Notes: generated from the sequence alone by a model not told the origin. A stretch of DNA of 64,000 nucleotides from Octopus vulgaris (GCA_951406725.2 OX597819.1:116498001-116562000); one strand, 5' to 3'. Counted from the first letter of the stretch, positions 10,500-25,750 are shown. Made by a program: numbers and translations.

Positions 10500-13303
10500 T
10501 TATGTATATGTACATAATATATGTTACATATAAATACATAGGTATATATGCATATATATTCATATGTATTTATATACATGGAAATATACAAATGCTTGGT
10601 ACTGATGGTAGCTTTCAGAAGAAAATTCTAGATATTATCATCCTATACATATGTGTGCATTTGTGTAAACACACATTTTATTATATTCTATTATATGAAT
10701 TATATGTTCAAGCAAAACTTTACAGTTATTATTGATGAAAATAAATTATAGAATTGCTCGTAAATCTTTTCAAACGTGTTTTATTTTATATATATATATA
10801 TAGATGAAATCTGATGATAAAATCTTATTAAGTTTATATTTTAAACCGACGGCATGCGGTACTCAATTCACTTTTAAAAGAATGTCAATCAGGAAATCAG
10901 ATTAAAAGAATGCCTTCGGATTGTTTCTTTTCTAAAATCTATTACATGTATTTTCTTTTACAAAGCATGTTTTAATTCTTTTTTTTGTTGCGGAGGTGGT
11001 TGGCTGTTTATGTATTCTTGATAATCAGGTTTCACTTTCTTTATATTCCTATCTTTGTTACCAATTTCTCATGATATATCATGCAAAATTCAATTTAAAT
11101 ACATCTTAAAATTATTAAGCTACAGTGTACGTGGTAAACTAATTACTGGTGCATATTCTAATGCAATATTACTTTCTGTAATAAAAATATACATTTGTTT
11201 TCCCATACAGACATATACATAGAAACATATAATTTAGCTACGTGTAAATATGTACTTCTACAGCTACGTAAACTGTTTGTGTATATTTTTATTTATGTGT
11301 GTGTGTACTTTTATCTAAGATGAGCGTGGTGGAGGAAATTTAAGCGCTTAAGTTAATTTACTATAAATCATATATTTGCTTTCTAATTGCTTAATTTTAG
11401 AATATATATTTTCGCTTTGCGTTTGATTTTCGAATTGCATTTAATTTGGGTTACACAGTTGGGTTATAGAAGAAAGATTTTATTTATATTTGCTTGTAAT
11501 AGCCGTGTTTTCTTTTTGTCAAATTATCGTTTCTCCAGCTGCTTCAGATGCTAAGATATCGAAAATTGTCAAAGTGTAGTACAACGGGCTTACTATGGAA
11601 TGGTGAAACTATTTTTTCGTCTTCTGAAAAAAAAAGCATCGTTTTGGACTTACGACACTTTTGCATAATAACAACGATATATTTTGAGATTAGCTATGGA
11701 TGTCCCTATATGAAACCAATACTGTGCAATTACCTAGACAACCCAGGATCGATAAGGCGTTGTGTAACATGAATATAATAATGTAAGGTTTTACTTAAGT
11801 AAAGGCAATGTAGTATTGCTCATTGTACGTCAAGTAACGATACCATTAAACCTAAAAGTATGATGGTTATAGATCTTGTTTAGAATGTTCACAATTTATC
11901 AGCTATATGATGTTTTATTATTTATAGATTAAATTCTTTTGTCGTTTTTTAAAAGTGTTACGCTTTTCTTCCTTTGTATTCTATCCATCGACATACCGCC
12001 TTTAATGATTTTAATCGATTAATGATAAAGACTTCAATACATTGTATATTAAGTCTTTTATTGAACTGGGAGTAGATGTGCAAAGCGAAAAATGATCGAA
12101 AGTCTGTAAATAGCCGATTTGCATTTTAGTACGATGAAATGTATCAATATTTAGATTTGGTACAAGGAACTGTACTTCTTTTACAAAAACCAAATTGTTC
12201 TAATTCTCGGAATTTTCCCAATAACACATATTATATATCTATGAAAAGAAATCGATTTCATAGCTACCAACATGAATTAGCAAGATACCTTACCTTGCTA
12301 GACATAAAAGGAAAAGGAGAAAAGAAATAATTAATTTAATTCAGACATGTTGAAATAAGGATCATCGATTGTTTTGACAATCATATTCAATGCTTTCTTC
12401 CTTTTCTAACACATTTAGCAGAAATGTTTTCAGGAGCATATGCTGACTATGTATAATGCGTTGATCGATTCTTTAGACAATTATACTATCCCTATCATAT
12501 ATAGATCTTGATTTTGATTCAACGTCTCATTAAACTAAGCAGGAAGATCTTAACACGATCTTTCGTATGATGGGAGAAATAAATATGGTTCTCACTTTCA
12601 TGGGAATGTAGTTGAGATACATTCATCATAACAGAATTTTGCCTTGCTAAATAAAAATAACTACATCACTTTGATACTCAGGTGATGCCCCATAGTAGCA
12701 AATGAAGTTAAATAGGACAATGTTTTGTAAGAAATAAGTATGGCGATGTTTGGAAGGCGTATGATTATAGATTAGAACCTACGTGACGAATAAGTTCATT
12801 TTTTAGGATAGACATAGTGCAAATAACCGAAATGAAATTGATCTCAACTGAATATCGATATCAGATAACGATCGTAGTTCTACAGAAATTTTAATTCTCT
12901 TTATACAGCGCTAAATAAAAGAAAGTAAAAACTTAGCACATTGATATGTTTTCAACAAAACTAGAATTACAAGTTGTTGTACGAAGTCGTGTTATTGATT
13001 TCAAATATTAATCTCAAAAGCGGGAATGTAATATATAATAATAATAATGATAATAAACAAAAAAACAGGTTATCTAAGAATATTTCTAAGCGAGTATTAT
13101 ATTTCTGCAGCCTTTTGAAGTTATTTGTCGAATTAGCCAGTTATGACATTATAAAAATAGAATAAGACATGTTTATGCTCAAAAACACCTTGGAAGCCGT
13201 ATTTGCGCCGAAACAAAATTACAACCTGTTTTTATTAATGCGAACTTGTTTTGTTAGCCGATGGAAGTATCGACACAAGTATCATGACAACACTACCAAT
13301 TAT

Positions 13304-13545
<242 letters not shown>

Positions 13546-14399
13546 CAGATCTATGCACGTATTTATATATCCATTGATATATACACACGTATGTATATAT
13601 ACATATGGTTATACATATAGCACCTCACACGTATACAGGCGTACGTACATACATATATATGTGTATGTGCGTACTTTGAATCCCACTAGACAATGATTTT
13701 CTGTGATTTTGTTATATATTTGTATGGAGGCGTGTCTAGGTATTTCTTCTGTGTTTTTAGAATTTGTGTAGCTATAAAATACAGTCGATAAAATGCTACC
13801 AACATATACATGTGAGTACTGTGCATATGTATGTATAAATATATGTCTATGCTTTTGTATGTATGCATAAATTAATAGATATATATATATATATATACAT
13901 ACACTTACATATATTTAGTGTTTTGTGTATGTGTTATCATCAACGTAGAAAGTAAAATAAAAAAAGTTTTGCCATTAGTTTAACACTCAGTGTGACATTA
14001 AGGGGAGAGAAGTGTTGCTGCCGTGTGGAGGTTACCTCCTCTTCACAAATTCGGATATACTGAAGAAGTAATAAGGGTAGTGGATGAACTCTCACAATAT
14101 GTACTGGGTACATATTGTATATTCTGAAAACTATATTTTAATCAACGTAGACAAATTGAATGTGCAATCCTCACTGAAATGTGTATATATAATACGTCAA
14201 CAATCGCAATGAGATAACTAAAATACAACATACTATTTACAGGTTGCTATATCAACCCAAGTTTGAAAATGCCACTATATAAGATAAATTTTAATTTTCT
14301 TGGAAATTTTACATGTTTCGGTTCTTCTTGAAAAAACGAACCTTATCAAAAATATTTTTAAAAGTTAAGTGTAATAAAAAAGTTCATAATTGTTTCTTA

Positions 14400-15535
14400 C
14401 TAGTCTCAACAGAATCCACGTGGTGTTTTTTTGTGGGGAGGAAGCATAATAGCTGTTTTATGTGTTGCAGTGTATCCATGAGTTGTGATCCTGAATTGGA
14501 TAGGGGGCGTATGTTCCGTGGTTCTAGCCTTGGATGCATTTTGAAACTAATGTTTAGGTCGTTTAGGCAATGCTGGTGGTATAATCTCCACATCGTATAA
14601 ATGATATATCACTCACGGTGACGCAGGAGAAAATAGAGTTGTGGTCTCAATAATCGAGATCATTCATGTCCTTAATTCTTTCAGTGAATGCTCTGTGGAT
14701 TGATAGAATTTTCGAAATGTCTTGTTTCGTTTGGGGATACCACAAAGAGCAGCACTATTCGAGGTGTGGCCGTACAAAGGAGAAAAGAGGAATGCTGACA
14801 GTTTGTTCCCTAGACAGGAAAGTTCTTTAGATCAATGTGCTCATCCTACGAGCTATATCAACCTTATTGTAGTATGGGCACTCCAGCTATGATTGTTGTC
14901 AACAATTACTCCTAGGTCTCTGATATTATTAGATGTTGTGAGTGATTCCCCTGAAGGAAGAGGGTATGGCTGTTTTAGCATAGTCTGTCTTCTCTAATAA
15001 TTACTTTCTGGAGCTTCGATTCATCAGTGAATACTTTCACTTCGCTGTATTTTCTGAAATGTCGTTTATATAGACTAAAAACACAAACGGGGCCGAAAGA
15101 GCTACCTGAGGGACACGACTTGTGACTTTTTCTGGGCTTGACTGCATTCCACAAGATCACAACATGATGTGTTCTATTTTCCAGGAAATACTCAATCCAG
15201 TGAAGTAATTTTCACCGGATTGTAACATTTGACAATTTTGATAGTAGGATATTGTCGTCGTCTCTGTCGAACGCTTTACTGATGTTAAGATATATCACAT
15301 CAGATTTTGAACGTAATCCCAAGGCTTTACACCATCGATACAGTCCCTGCTGTAGCAAAGCCATCCTGGTTTGAATTTAGGACATTGCGGCTCCCCAAGA
15401 AGCCAGCTACCTTGATCTCACCACATTTTCAAACACTTTAATGATATGGGAGGTGATTGATAATGGGCGATAGTTGACTGTGATTGGTCATTGGTCTATT
15501 TCCCTGTTTGACAACCGGAATGACTGACTGATAAT
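14400..15535 (-). mobile_element. LINE ORF2 RT/C-terminal fragment (CR1/L2/Jockey group)
   Basis: YRPLSITSHIIKVFE, DVIYLNISKAFDR, remnant of GVPQG..GP motif, DLGVIVDNNHSWSAH, C-terminal MWRLYHQHC..ISFKMHPRL. Confidence 0.8.
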
Positions 15536-16724
15536 GACTGACTGCCCATATATGTGTATATATTCATACTCATATATTTGTATATATTTATTAATATACC
15601 CTCTCATACACACACGCGCTTACCCCAACATATACTTACATGTATGTATGAATGTATATATGGACGTTAAATATTAGCTTCATCTATTACACGAGGGTAT
15701 TATGTTCAGTAGGTACCAAGCCTATTGAAGATTGTATAGAACCTATGAAAGTTTGAAGTCGAATCTGACTGCTAATAATAACATATAAAACTCCATCAAA
15801 CAATATGTGGCCCTGCTTATAGATTTTTGGAGAAAAACCAAGCCTGGGCAACAAAACAGGCTTCGTCCAACAAATGAGGGAATTATTTTAATGTGGGACT
15901 CCTTATTCTAAACATGCAAAGTTAAAAGACTTTTGAATTCCCAAACAACGTCTGATAGTTTGAAATATATCCCAGCAGATGCAGTTTTTCTATGAGTATA
16001 AATAAATAAATATTATGTGCAACACCTCGAACAGGTCAGTCAGTGAAGATATAGTAAGATACCATACGCACTGTTTAAACATATCATGAACATTATGTTA
16101 TGTTAACTTTCTAAATTCATGTAATCTAAATAAAATGGTTTCGCCTGTTTGGTGAGTTAGTGTTAACATAATTAACGCACAGAGGATGGAAAAGCTTATC
16201 AAAACTGTAAACCGGATAAGAAAAAAAATAATAGTATTAGTCTATGATATATACTATATTTCATGTTTCTAGCAATAACCGAAGACATCTGCTTTTATAT
16301 TTATCTTGTATCCTAATCTAACTGGCAATGCTGTAGCTTTCTCCGCACTTACTGAAGTGTTACTATGCAAGTCAATGAATAAAAGTACATTGCATCATGT
16401 AATATATTGGAATCACTAAAAGTTTAAATTCGAAGACATCATCCGCCAAAAGGCAAATTTAACGTTCAGATATTTAATGCTGAGAATATGAAATCACTAA
16501 ATCTTAACGTTACAAATAAACAATCTCATTTCACAAATCTGCTTTTCACTCTATAATAATAACACGTTCGTAGAACAAGTGTAAACAACCGAAAAAAGGA
16601 GAGAGTATTCTCTCTTTCATTATAGCAGCAATGATTATCAATGAAATGAAACTCACACCATGGTCTATCATTTAAGGAAAAAACGGTGACTCCTTGGACA
16701 ATGTCTGAATAAATAGATATTATA

Positions 16725-17173
16725 TATGTCTTTATTGCCTACAAGGGGCTAAACATAGAGGGGAAAAACAAGGACAGCCAAACGGATTAAGTCGATTACA
16801 TCAACCCCAGTGAGTAACTGGTACTTAATTTATCGAACCCGAAAGGATGGAAAGCAAAGTCGACCTCGGCGGAATTTGAACTCAAAACGTAACGGCAGAC
16901 GAAATACGGTTACGCATTTCGCCCGGCGTGCTTAAGATTCTTATTTCTTTATTGCCCACAAGGGGCTAAATACAGAGGAGACAAACAAAGACAGACAAAC
17001 GGATTAAGTCGATTACATCGACCCAGTGTGTAACTGGTACTTAATTTATCGACCCCGAAAGAATGAAAGGCAAAGTCGACCTCGGCGGAATTTGAACTGA
17101 GACCGTAACGGCAGACGAAATACGGCTACGCATTTCGCCCGGCGTGCTAACGGTTCTTCCAGCTCGCCGCCTT
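16725..17173 (-). mobile_element. SINE family B (tail a) tandem dimer
   Basis: Two monomers with A/B boxes; flanking repeat aatagatattata (16712-16724 and 17178-17190). Confidence 0.92.
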
Positions 17174-17614
17174 ATTGAATAGATATTATACTTGAAGAAT
17201 AAGTGAGGATGATGGCTGTTACAATATTTTCCTGATAATATTTTTTTCTCGTCAAGCTGACATTAGGTTACACGACAAAATATGGGAAAGCACTTAAAAC
17301 CACAAATTATACATAATGTATCATATTACAGAGTGCATTTACAGAACTAAGACCAGATGTTTTCTGTTGTGAACGTTATTATTGTTCCGTTAGTATAATT
17401 AGTTTCATTCATCACGATTCTCAATTAAGATAGAAGTTGGCAAAGTTATGACTTCAAGTAGACTTGGAGTACGATTACCTTCCGATTTTGATGAATCTGG
17501 CAAACATCCAAACAAATGATTTGCGTACGTCTCACAAAATAATATTACCTAAGTCTTGTAGATAAGGTTTGAAAATAATTATAACAGATGTGTTTGTATC
17601 GTATATCTGTCTTT

Positions 17615-17998
17615 GTGGAGGCGCAATGGCCCATGGTTAGGGCAGCGGACTCGCGGTCATAGGATCGCGGTTTCGATTCCCAGACCGGGCGTTGTGAGTG
17701 TTTATTGAGCGAAAACACCTAAAAGCTCCACGAGGCTCCGGCAGGGGATGGTGGTGATCCCTGCTGTACTCTTTCACCAGAACTTTCTCTCACTCTTACT
17801 TCCTGTTTCTGTTGTACCTGTATTTCAAAGGGCCCGCCTTGTCACTCTCTGTGTCACGCTGAATATCCCCGAGAACTACGTTAAGGGTAAACGTGTCTGT
17901 GGAGTGCTCAGCCACTTACACGTTAATTTCACGAGCAGGCTGTTCCGTTGATTCGGATCAACCGGAACCATCATCGTCGTAACCGACGGAATGCTTCC
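17615..17998 (+). mobile_element. SINE family C (tRNA-derived, CORE-like centre), full length
   Basis: Head GGAGGCGCAATGGCCCATGGTTAGGGCAGCGGACTCGCGG..TTCGATTCCC; TSD atatctgtcttt (17603-17614 and 17999-18010). Confidence 0.9.
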
Positions 17999-18235
17999 AT
18001 ATCTGTCTTTACCAATCTCCGAAATAGTCTGGGTAAATATCCAGTCCTTTATATTTTAATCTTCTGTCTGAGCTTACAATAATTCGTTGCACACCATCGC
18101 TCATGTATACATCGCTCGGATAGGTACACGAAATAACGTTAAGGAGCCAACGAGCGACCCTTTATTTTTAGAAAAAGCAGCTAAATCCAACTCTGATTAA
18201 ATTCTTTCAGATTAAATTAAGAAGACATGACTATA

Positions 18236-18278
18236 ATCATCATCATCAGCAGCAGCAGCAGAAGTAGTAGTAGTAGTG

Positions 18279-18314
<36 letters not shown>

Positions 18315-18424
18315 ATAGTAGTAGTAGTAGTAGTAGTGGTGGTGATGGTGATGGTGGTAGTAGTAGTAGCAGCAGCAGCAGAAGTAGTAGTAGAAGTAGT
18401 AGATGTAGTAGTAGTAGTAGTAGT

Positions 18425-18459
<35 letters not shown>

Positions 18460-18472
18460 TAGCAGCAGTAGC
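18236..18472. repeat. (AGT)n/(AGC)n compound microsatellite
   Basis: Direct reading. Confidence 0.95.
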
Positions 18473-18489
18473 TATGTGACCATCATGAT

Positions 18490-18551
18490 ATGGTGTGAAA
18501 TTATAAGCTCAACCTGAACGCCTACGTTAGGTTGAGCTTATAATTTCCATA
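18490..18551. repeat. Inverted repeat / hairpin with 19-bp perfect arms
   Basis: gaaattataagctcaacct (18497-18515) pairs with aggttgagcttataatttc (18529-18547). Confidence 0.9.
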
Positions 18552-18606
18552 TACGATCTCAAAGAGAACAGGAAACTGCGGTTAGTAGAACACAATTGTA
18601 TGTATG

Positions 18607-18647
<41 letters not shown>

Positions 18648-18928
18648 TGTGTGTTTGTGTGCGTGTGTGTCTGAGCATGAGTATGTATATAGATGTATAT
18701 GTGTGAGAGCATTTATGTGTATGCATGGGCTTGTTCTTAAAGGTCAGTCAAGGGCAATCTCATGTGTAACCAGCCATGAAGTACAAAGAAACTAAATGTC
18801 AATCCCTTTAAAACGACAATCCCTTTGACAGTAGCAAACCACTATCCACTCTATCCACATATTCAAAGTAATTTGCCAATGGATCTTCGCTCACAACACA
18901 TTTCTCGATACACTCAGTAGCTACTGCT

Positions 18929-19157
18929 AGGCGAGCTGGCAGAACCGTTAGCACACCTGGAGAAATGCGTAGCCGCATTTCGTCTGCTGTTACGTTCTCA
19001 GTTCAAATTCCACCGAGGTCGACTTTGCTTTTCATCCTTTCGGGGTAGATAAATTAAGTACCAGTTACGCACTGGGGTCGACATAATCGACTTAATCCGT
19101 TTGTCTGTCCTTGTTTGTCCCCTCTGTGTTTAGCCCCTTGTGGGTAGTAAAGAAATA
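18929..19157 (+). mobile_element. SINE family B (tail a)
   Basis: Near-full copy, flanking repeat tactgcta. Confidence 0.92.
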
Positions 19158-19547
19158 TACTGCTAACTCCATGCAACGACAGACAGAGAGGATGCTCTTG
19201 GAGACGAAAATCTGAGTTTACGGAGAAAATGTTTATATATCACCTGAGGAAACACGACTAGTTCACTTCATGCAGGGAAACGAAGCCTGGAGAACTACGT
19301 CGGGTAAAAGCAATTCTAGTGATTGTAAACAAATGTCCAACCGAACTCCCTGATAACTCCAACATATTCAATTATATACTCACACAATACAGAAGCTAAA
19401 AGCTAAACAGGAAGTACGTATAACATTATTACTGGACAGCACAGGCTGAAATTTGTAGGTGGACGATTTTATATACTGCTCTACTTTCTTCACAGAATAA
19501 ATCATTATATATAAGTATATATATATATAAGTATATATATATATAAG

Positions 19548-19578
<31 letters not shown>

Positions 19579-19599
19579 ATATATATATAGATATATATA

Positions 19600-19940
19600 T
19601 ATGTGTGTGTGTGTATGTCTGTGCTTGTGTTTGTCCCCCAATTACCTATTTCTTTATTACCCACAAGGGGCTAAACACAGAGGGGACAAACAAGGAGAGA
19701 CATAGGTATTAAGTCGATTACATCGACCCCAGTGCGTAACTGGTACTTAATTTATCGACCCCGAAGTCCCCCAATTACCGCTTGGCAACCGATGTGTGTT
19801 TACGTCCCCGTGACTTACCAGTTCGGCAAAACTGACGGATAGTACAATTGATAGGCTTTAAATAATATTCCCTTTGGTCAATCTGTTCGACCAAAACCCT
19901 TCAAGGCAGTCAAATGACTGAAACAAGTAAAAGAATAAAA
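19600..19940 (+). mobile_element. SINE A 3' half containing a 5'-truncated minus-strand SINE B (19647-19765)
   Basis: TSD gtcccccaattacc on both sides of the nested insert. Confidence 0.85.
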
Positions 19941-20029
19941 AAAATATAAGGATATTTCCCTCTCAGATTCACACACATATCGCAACGGTCTTTCGGCTTT
20001 TCTATGCGATGTAAAAGAACTCGAAAGAT

Positions 20030-20820
20030 TGGGCCTCCAACCAGGTCTTTCACAATATTCTTAATGCCATGAAATTTTCAGCAACTCGTAGCGCGTGACT
20101 TTGAGATTTATTCACGTGTGGTAGGAAACAGAAGGCTGAAACGGATACAAGAATTGCGGATGCTAGCAAAGCAATGCGGCAGCAGTGACAAGTGGAGGCG
20201 CAATGGCCCAATGGTTAGGGCAGCGGACTCGCGGTCGGAGGATCGCGGTTTCGATTCCCAGACCGGGCGTTGTGTGTGTTTATTGAGCGAAAACATCTAG
20301 AGGAGAGGTTTGTAAGCAAAAGCCTAAATCGGTATCTGCAGTTCGATTTTCTTGTCAATCCTCAAGTATGGTCATGAATATTGTGTGATGATCGAAAGAG
20401 AATGATCGCAAATGTAAAAAGCCGAAATAAGATTGCTCAGGAAAGTATGTGAAGTAACGTTATTTCATAGGGTGTAGCACCTGAATATCAGGGAGTATCT
20501 TCAAGTCGAGCCACAAATTCACCGCGTTGAAAGGGGCTACGGACATGCGATGAGAATTCAGTAGAAAAGAATCGAAACACGGATTCGTGAAGCCAAGCCA
20601 ACTGGTGAGAGACTTGGTAGTAGACAATGAACGAGGTGGTGCACTCATATCCATAGTCTCAGTTGGTGGTGCTTTGGTATTCAGCCGAAATATCTAATGG
20701 CGATTACGTCCGATAGTACCGTATGGAGAAAATGACTGAGGATTTTACCTCTTCGACCCTCGCAGGAATAGTGTCTGGCGACAAATGGATGAATATATTA
20801 GCGACGGAAGCATAATACAT
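20030..20820 (+). mobile_element. RTE-clade LINE 3' fragment, interrupted by a SINE C head
   Basis: ETDTRIADASKAMRQ, ILKYGHE, AEIRLLRKVCEVTLFHRV, REYLQVEP, REAKPTGE. Confidence 0.65.
20192..20300 (+). mobile_element. SINE family C 5' fragment
   Basis: Near-identical to 17615-17720. Confidence 0.9.
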
Positions 20821-21559
20821 AAGTACGTGCATGTGTGTGTGTGCTTGTGCATGTGAGAATAGATATAACTTAGACTAGTACTATAATAGATCCAAGTAGC
20901 ATTTATTGTACATTTGTATCCGAGCAGTTTGTAATGTCTTATATAAATATATTATTGACCCAAACTTTTATGCATTTATTGTAATAAAACTTGCAAAGTT
21001 GGGAAGTGTATGAGATTAAAAGTTTATTGGATACAGAAATGGAAACCAGACTATTTTCAGTTGCTCTTTTTGTCATTAACTTTATAGTTAATTACTTTTT
21101 AAGTAATTAGTTTTGTTAATTAAATTCACTTAAGACGTAAGTTGATAATATTTCCCTATGTAGCGAAATATATAACTCCAAATCGATTCTCTCTGTTCTT
21201 TTGAGAATTACAATTATTCTGCAGTTAAATTCAATTGTTCAGTTTTGGCATACTACCATTCATTATAAATATGAAGTAATATGTAACTTTCTTGATAAAG
21301 CTGGAAATGATTATCACACCAGTCTTAGCTATAAGTGTTACTACTCAATTTCTATATTCAATATCCATATTTATTGCGATGGTGAAGTGGTAGGGATATA
21401 GGAGAAGAATAGATATTTTAACTTTTGTTATTTAGTTTTGATTCTTTGTCTTCTGATTGTGAATCTCTCGAGTGAAGTTGCATTTCAGAATTCTGAGGCT
21501 AATCAAATATATGTAAACGTATCAAGTATATTGAATAAATATAAATACAGGAATAAGTC

Positions 21560-21710
21560 TGGTCATGAAACTAAGAAAGTCACTCTGCAACCACATAGTT
21601 AGAAGTTCAGTCTAATCGTGCGAGGCATTACTCAAATGTTTCCTACCCAACCATCCAATGCTTTGTGAGTGAATTGGGCGACGCAGACTGTGCGAAACCA
21701 GGCCATATAA
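21560..21710 (+). mobile_element. Old SINE A-related head
   Basis: caaccacatagtt..gttcagtc.. and aatgctttgtgagtg.att resemble family A. Confidence 0.45.
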
Positions 21711-22143
21711 AGTAAAGATATATATGATTGACTGCTAAATGCACAAGTTATATATTTTCTCTCTTTTTTTATTCACTCTCTGTTTATTTCCCCGTGTTCT
21801 TTTCTCTTGAAGAGCGAATTCTCGAAACGTACAAGGTTTTATCAACTTACCGTGAAAAGGAAAATGCTGCCTATCACTTCCTTAGTTCCTTTGTTACAGC
21901 CTTTTGCCTTCCTTGCGTTTTTCCGTTTAGCGTTCAAATATTTCCCGGGCCAAATTACCACTTTTCACATTGTCTATAGAATAATTTCTATATTTATATT
22001 GTAACACAAGTAAATCCCTTCTTTCTAATGTGCAACATCTTTATGTGATGAATTAATATTCTGTTAGCTGACAGGATATATGGATTACCTGTACATTTAG
22101 CTCATGTCGTTCTAGTTTTTCGGAGTTTACGATTGTTACATAT

Positions 22144-22628
22144 ATATTTCTTTATTGCCCTCAAGGGGATTAAACATAGAGGGGACAAACAAAGACAGAC
22201 AAAGGGATTAAGTCGATTACATCGACCCTAGTGCGTAATTGGTACTTAATTTATCGACTCCGATAGGATGAAAGGCAAAGTCGACCTCGGCGGAATTTGA
22301 ACTCAGAACGTAACGGCAGAGGAATTACAGCTACGCATTTCTCCCGGCGTGCTAACGATTCTGCCAGCTCGCCGCCTTACGATTCTTACATATATATTTC
22401 TTTACTACCCACAAGGGGCTAAACATAGAGGGGGACAAACAAAGACAGACAAAGGGATTAAGTCGATTACATCGACCCCAGTGCGAAACTGGTACTTAAT
22501 TTATCGACCCCGAAAGGATGAAAGGCAAAGTCGACCTCGGCGGAATTTGAACTCAGAATGTAACGACAGACGAAATACGGCTACGCATTTCTCCCGGCGT
22601 GCTAACGATTCTGCCAGCTCGCCGCCTT
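22144..22628 (-). mobile_element. Two tandem SINE B copies
   Basis: Each bounded by tacgatt(g/c)ttacatata (22128, 22378, 22628). Confidence 0.92.
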
Positions 22629-23468
22629 ACGATTCTTACATATAACTTGTCACTGCACTTAGATTATCCGCTGCCTCACAAATGTTTGTTAGTGCGAACA
22701 TAAACTAACACCTGTGAAATACCAATAAACAAATATATTGTTGTAGTTCGTCATTATTGCCTCGGCATCATACACAATTCAGTTACTGTATTATTGCTTT
22801 GCGTTCGATACGTAATAACGGTCATACTATATTTTACCTATTTCTTTATTACCCACAAGGGGCTAAACACAGAGGGGACAAACAAGGACAGGCATAGGTA
22901 ATTAAGTCGATTACATCGACCCCAGTGCGTAACTGGTACTTATTTAATCGACCCCGAAAGGATGAAAGGCAAAGTCGACATCGGCGGAATTTGAACTCAG
23001 AACGTAACGGCAGACGAAATACCTATTTCTTTATTACCCACAAGGGGCTAAACACAGAGCGGACAAACAAGGACAGGCATAGGTATTAAGTCGATTACAT
23101 CGACCCCAGTGCGTAACTGGTACTTATTTAATCGACCCCGAAAGGATGAAAGGCAAAGTCGACCTCGGCGGAATTTGAACTCAGAACGTAACGGCAGACG
23201 AAATACCGCTAAGCATTTCGCCCGGCGTGCTAAAGTTTCTGCCAGCCCGCAGCCTTACGATTCTTACATATAACTTCTCACTGCACTTAGATTTTCCGCT
23301 GCCTCACAAATGTTTATTAGTGCGAACATAAACTAACACCTCTGAAATACCAATAGACAAATATATCGTTGTAGTTCGTCATTATTGCCTCGACATCATG
23401 CAAAATTCTGTTACTATATCATTGCTTTGCGTTCGATACGTAATAACGGTCATACTATATTTTACCTA
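22628..23468 (+). repeat. 213-bp direct repeat (22628-22840 and 23256-23468) flanking a SINE B dimer
   Basis: Colinear copies 628 bp apart with scattered substitutions. Confidence 0.9.
22839..23256 (-). mobile_element. SINE B dimer (full monomer plus 5'-truncated monomer)
   Basis: Junction gacgaaatacc|tatttcttt at ~23023. Confidence 0.9.
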
Positions 23469-24354
23469 TGACCTCCCTGCCATTTCTTATACAGTGTATC
23501 TGAGACAGCAAACAATTCTAAAATAATTAGAGGCATAAAATTATATATTAGGCATAATTAATATGTATTACTAAGAGGTTACACTGACACGTAAAATTTT
23601 ATTCATTAATGGATGTATTTCTGCTGTTCACTCTCAGGAATTTTTGTCAAATCATATACATCAGCTACTAACACGAAGGATAGTGATTTTAAAAGTAGGT
23701 ATCATTATATTATATACTAAAATTTCGTCCTACTTGTCGCGTAAATACAGCTTCAAAGATTAAAATGAAAATACAAACTACATCAGTTACTACGATAATG
23801 TGTCTGACTCTTTGATTTCAGACAGCGTCTGTTTTTCTATCAAATATAGAACATCCCTGACTAAAATGTACATTCACATACAGATACACATTTACACACC
23901 GCTCTCATACATATGCACACACACACACACACATATATTATCAAGAAATAAATCATTGTAGCCTATATTTCTATTTGGGTGAAACCTACTGTAGAAAGCA
24001 GTGTCATGGTGATAAGATAGCGTATCATAGTTATTTATTTATGGTGTGGAAGAGCGCATTCCGTCTCTTGTGCATGACAACTCTCTTCAGCTTATCCAAT
24101 AAAATGTTAAGATAATATATACTACACGGAATAAAACAATACTCAGAACTGTGTATTGATCGTAATCAATGGTGTACAATTTAATATATTTTATTGATAA
24201 TAGTAAGCTGTGTATTTTATAACTGGGTACTACTATACAATACAAAGGAGTCGTGAAAATGTATGATTCTCTGAATCAAAGAAAACAAACATTAAGATAA
24301 CACAAATATAGTGATTTACACACTGAGAAACCACCTAAGCAAGCTATATATGCA

Positions 24355-25417
<1,063 letters not shown>

Positions 25418-25524
25418 ATGTGTGTATGCATGTATGTGTGTATGCACGTATGTATGCACGGATGGATATATCTATACTGGGGTTGGCTCACATTTGTGCA
25501 TGTCTATATGTTATGATTATTATA

Positions 25525-25750
25525 CGGCAGCGGCGGGCTTGCAAAATTGTTAATATGCCGGGAAAAATGCTTAGCGGCATTCCGTCCGACTTTACATTCG
25601 GACTTCATATTCCGCCGAAGTCGACATTGCCTTTCATCCTTTCGGATGAATGGTAAAGTCGACCCCAGCAAAATTTGAACTCAGAAGACAGACGAAATAC
25701 CATTCAGCATTTCACTTGCCGTGCTAACGTTTCTGCCAGCTCACCACCTT
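25525..25750. mobile_element. Inverted pair of SINE B 5' halves
   Basis: + head to ctttcatcctttc, then ggatgaa..aaagtcgac and a minus-strand head. Confidence 0.75.

Noticed and set aside
11540-11782. Possible host exon (tttctccag acceptor, gtaagg donor, 74-aa ORF)
   Set aside because: No recognisable domain and no compatible neighbouring exon; needs RNA-seq
15690-16030. Possible mariner-derived MITE (cgaggg...cctcg ends)
   Set aside because: Only a few terminal bases match and there is no TA TSD
17615-17690. tRNA-like sequences here and at 20192, 26481, 30318 and the SINE A/B heads
   Set aside because: Imperfect cloverleafs continuous with repeat bodies; not tRNA genes
19243-19285. CTGAGGA...GAAA hammerhead candidate (also 43045 and 50001)
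   Set aside because: Stem II does not close onto GAAA, or GAAA is absent
22128-23468. Regularly spaced repeats resembling a CRISPR-like array
   Set aside because: The intervening units are near-identical SINE copies, context is eukaryotic and there are no cas genes
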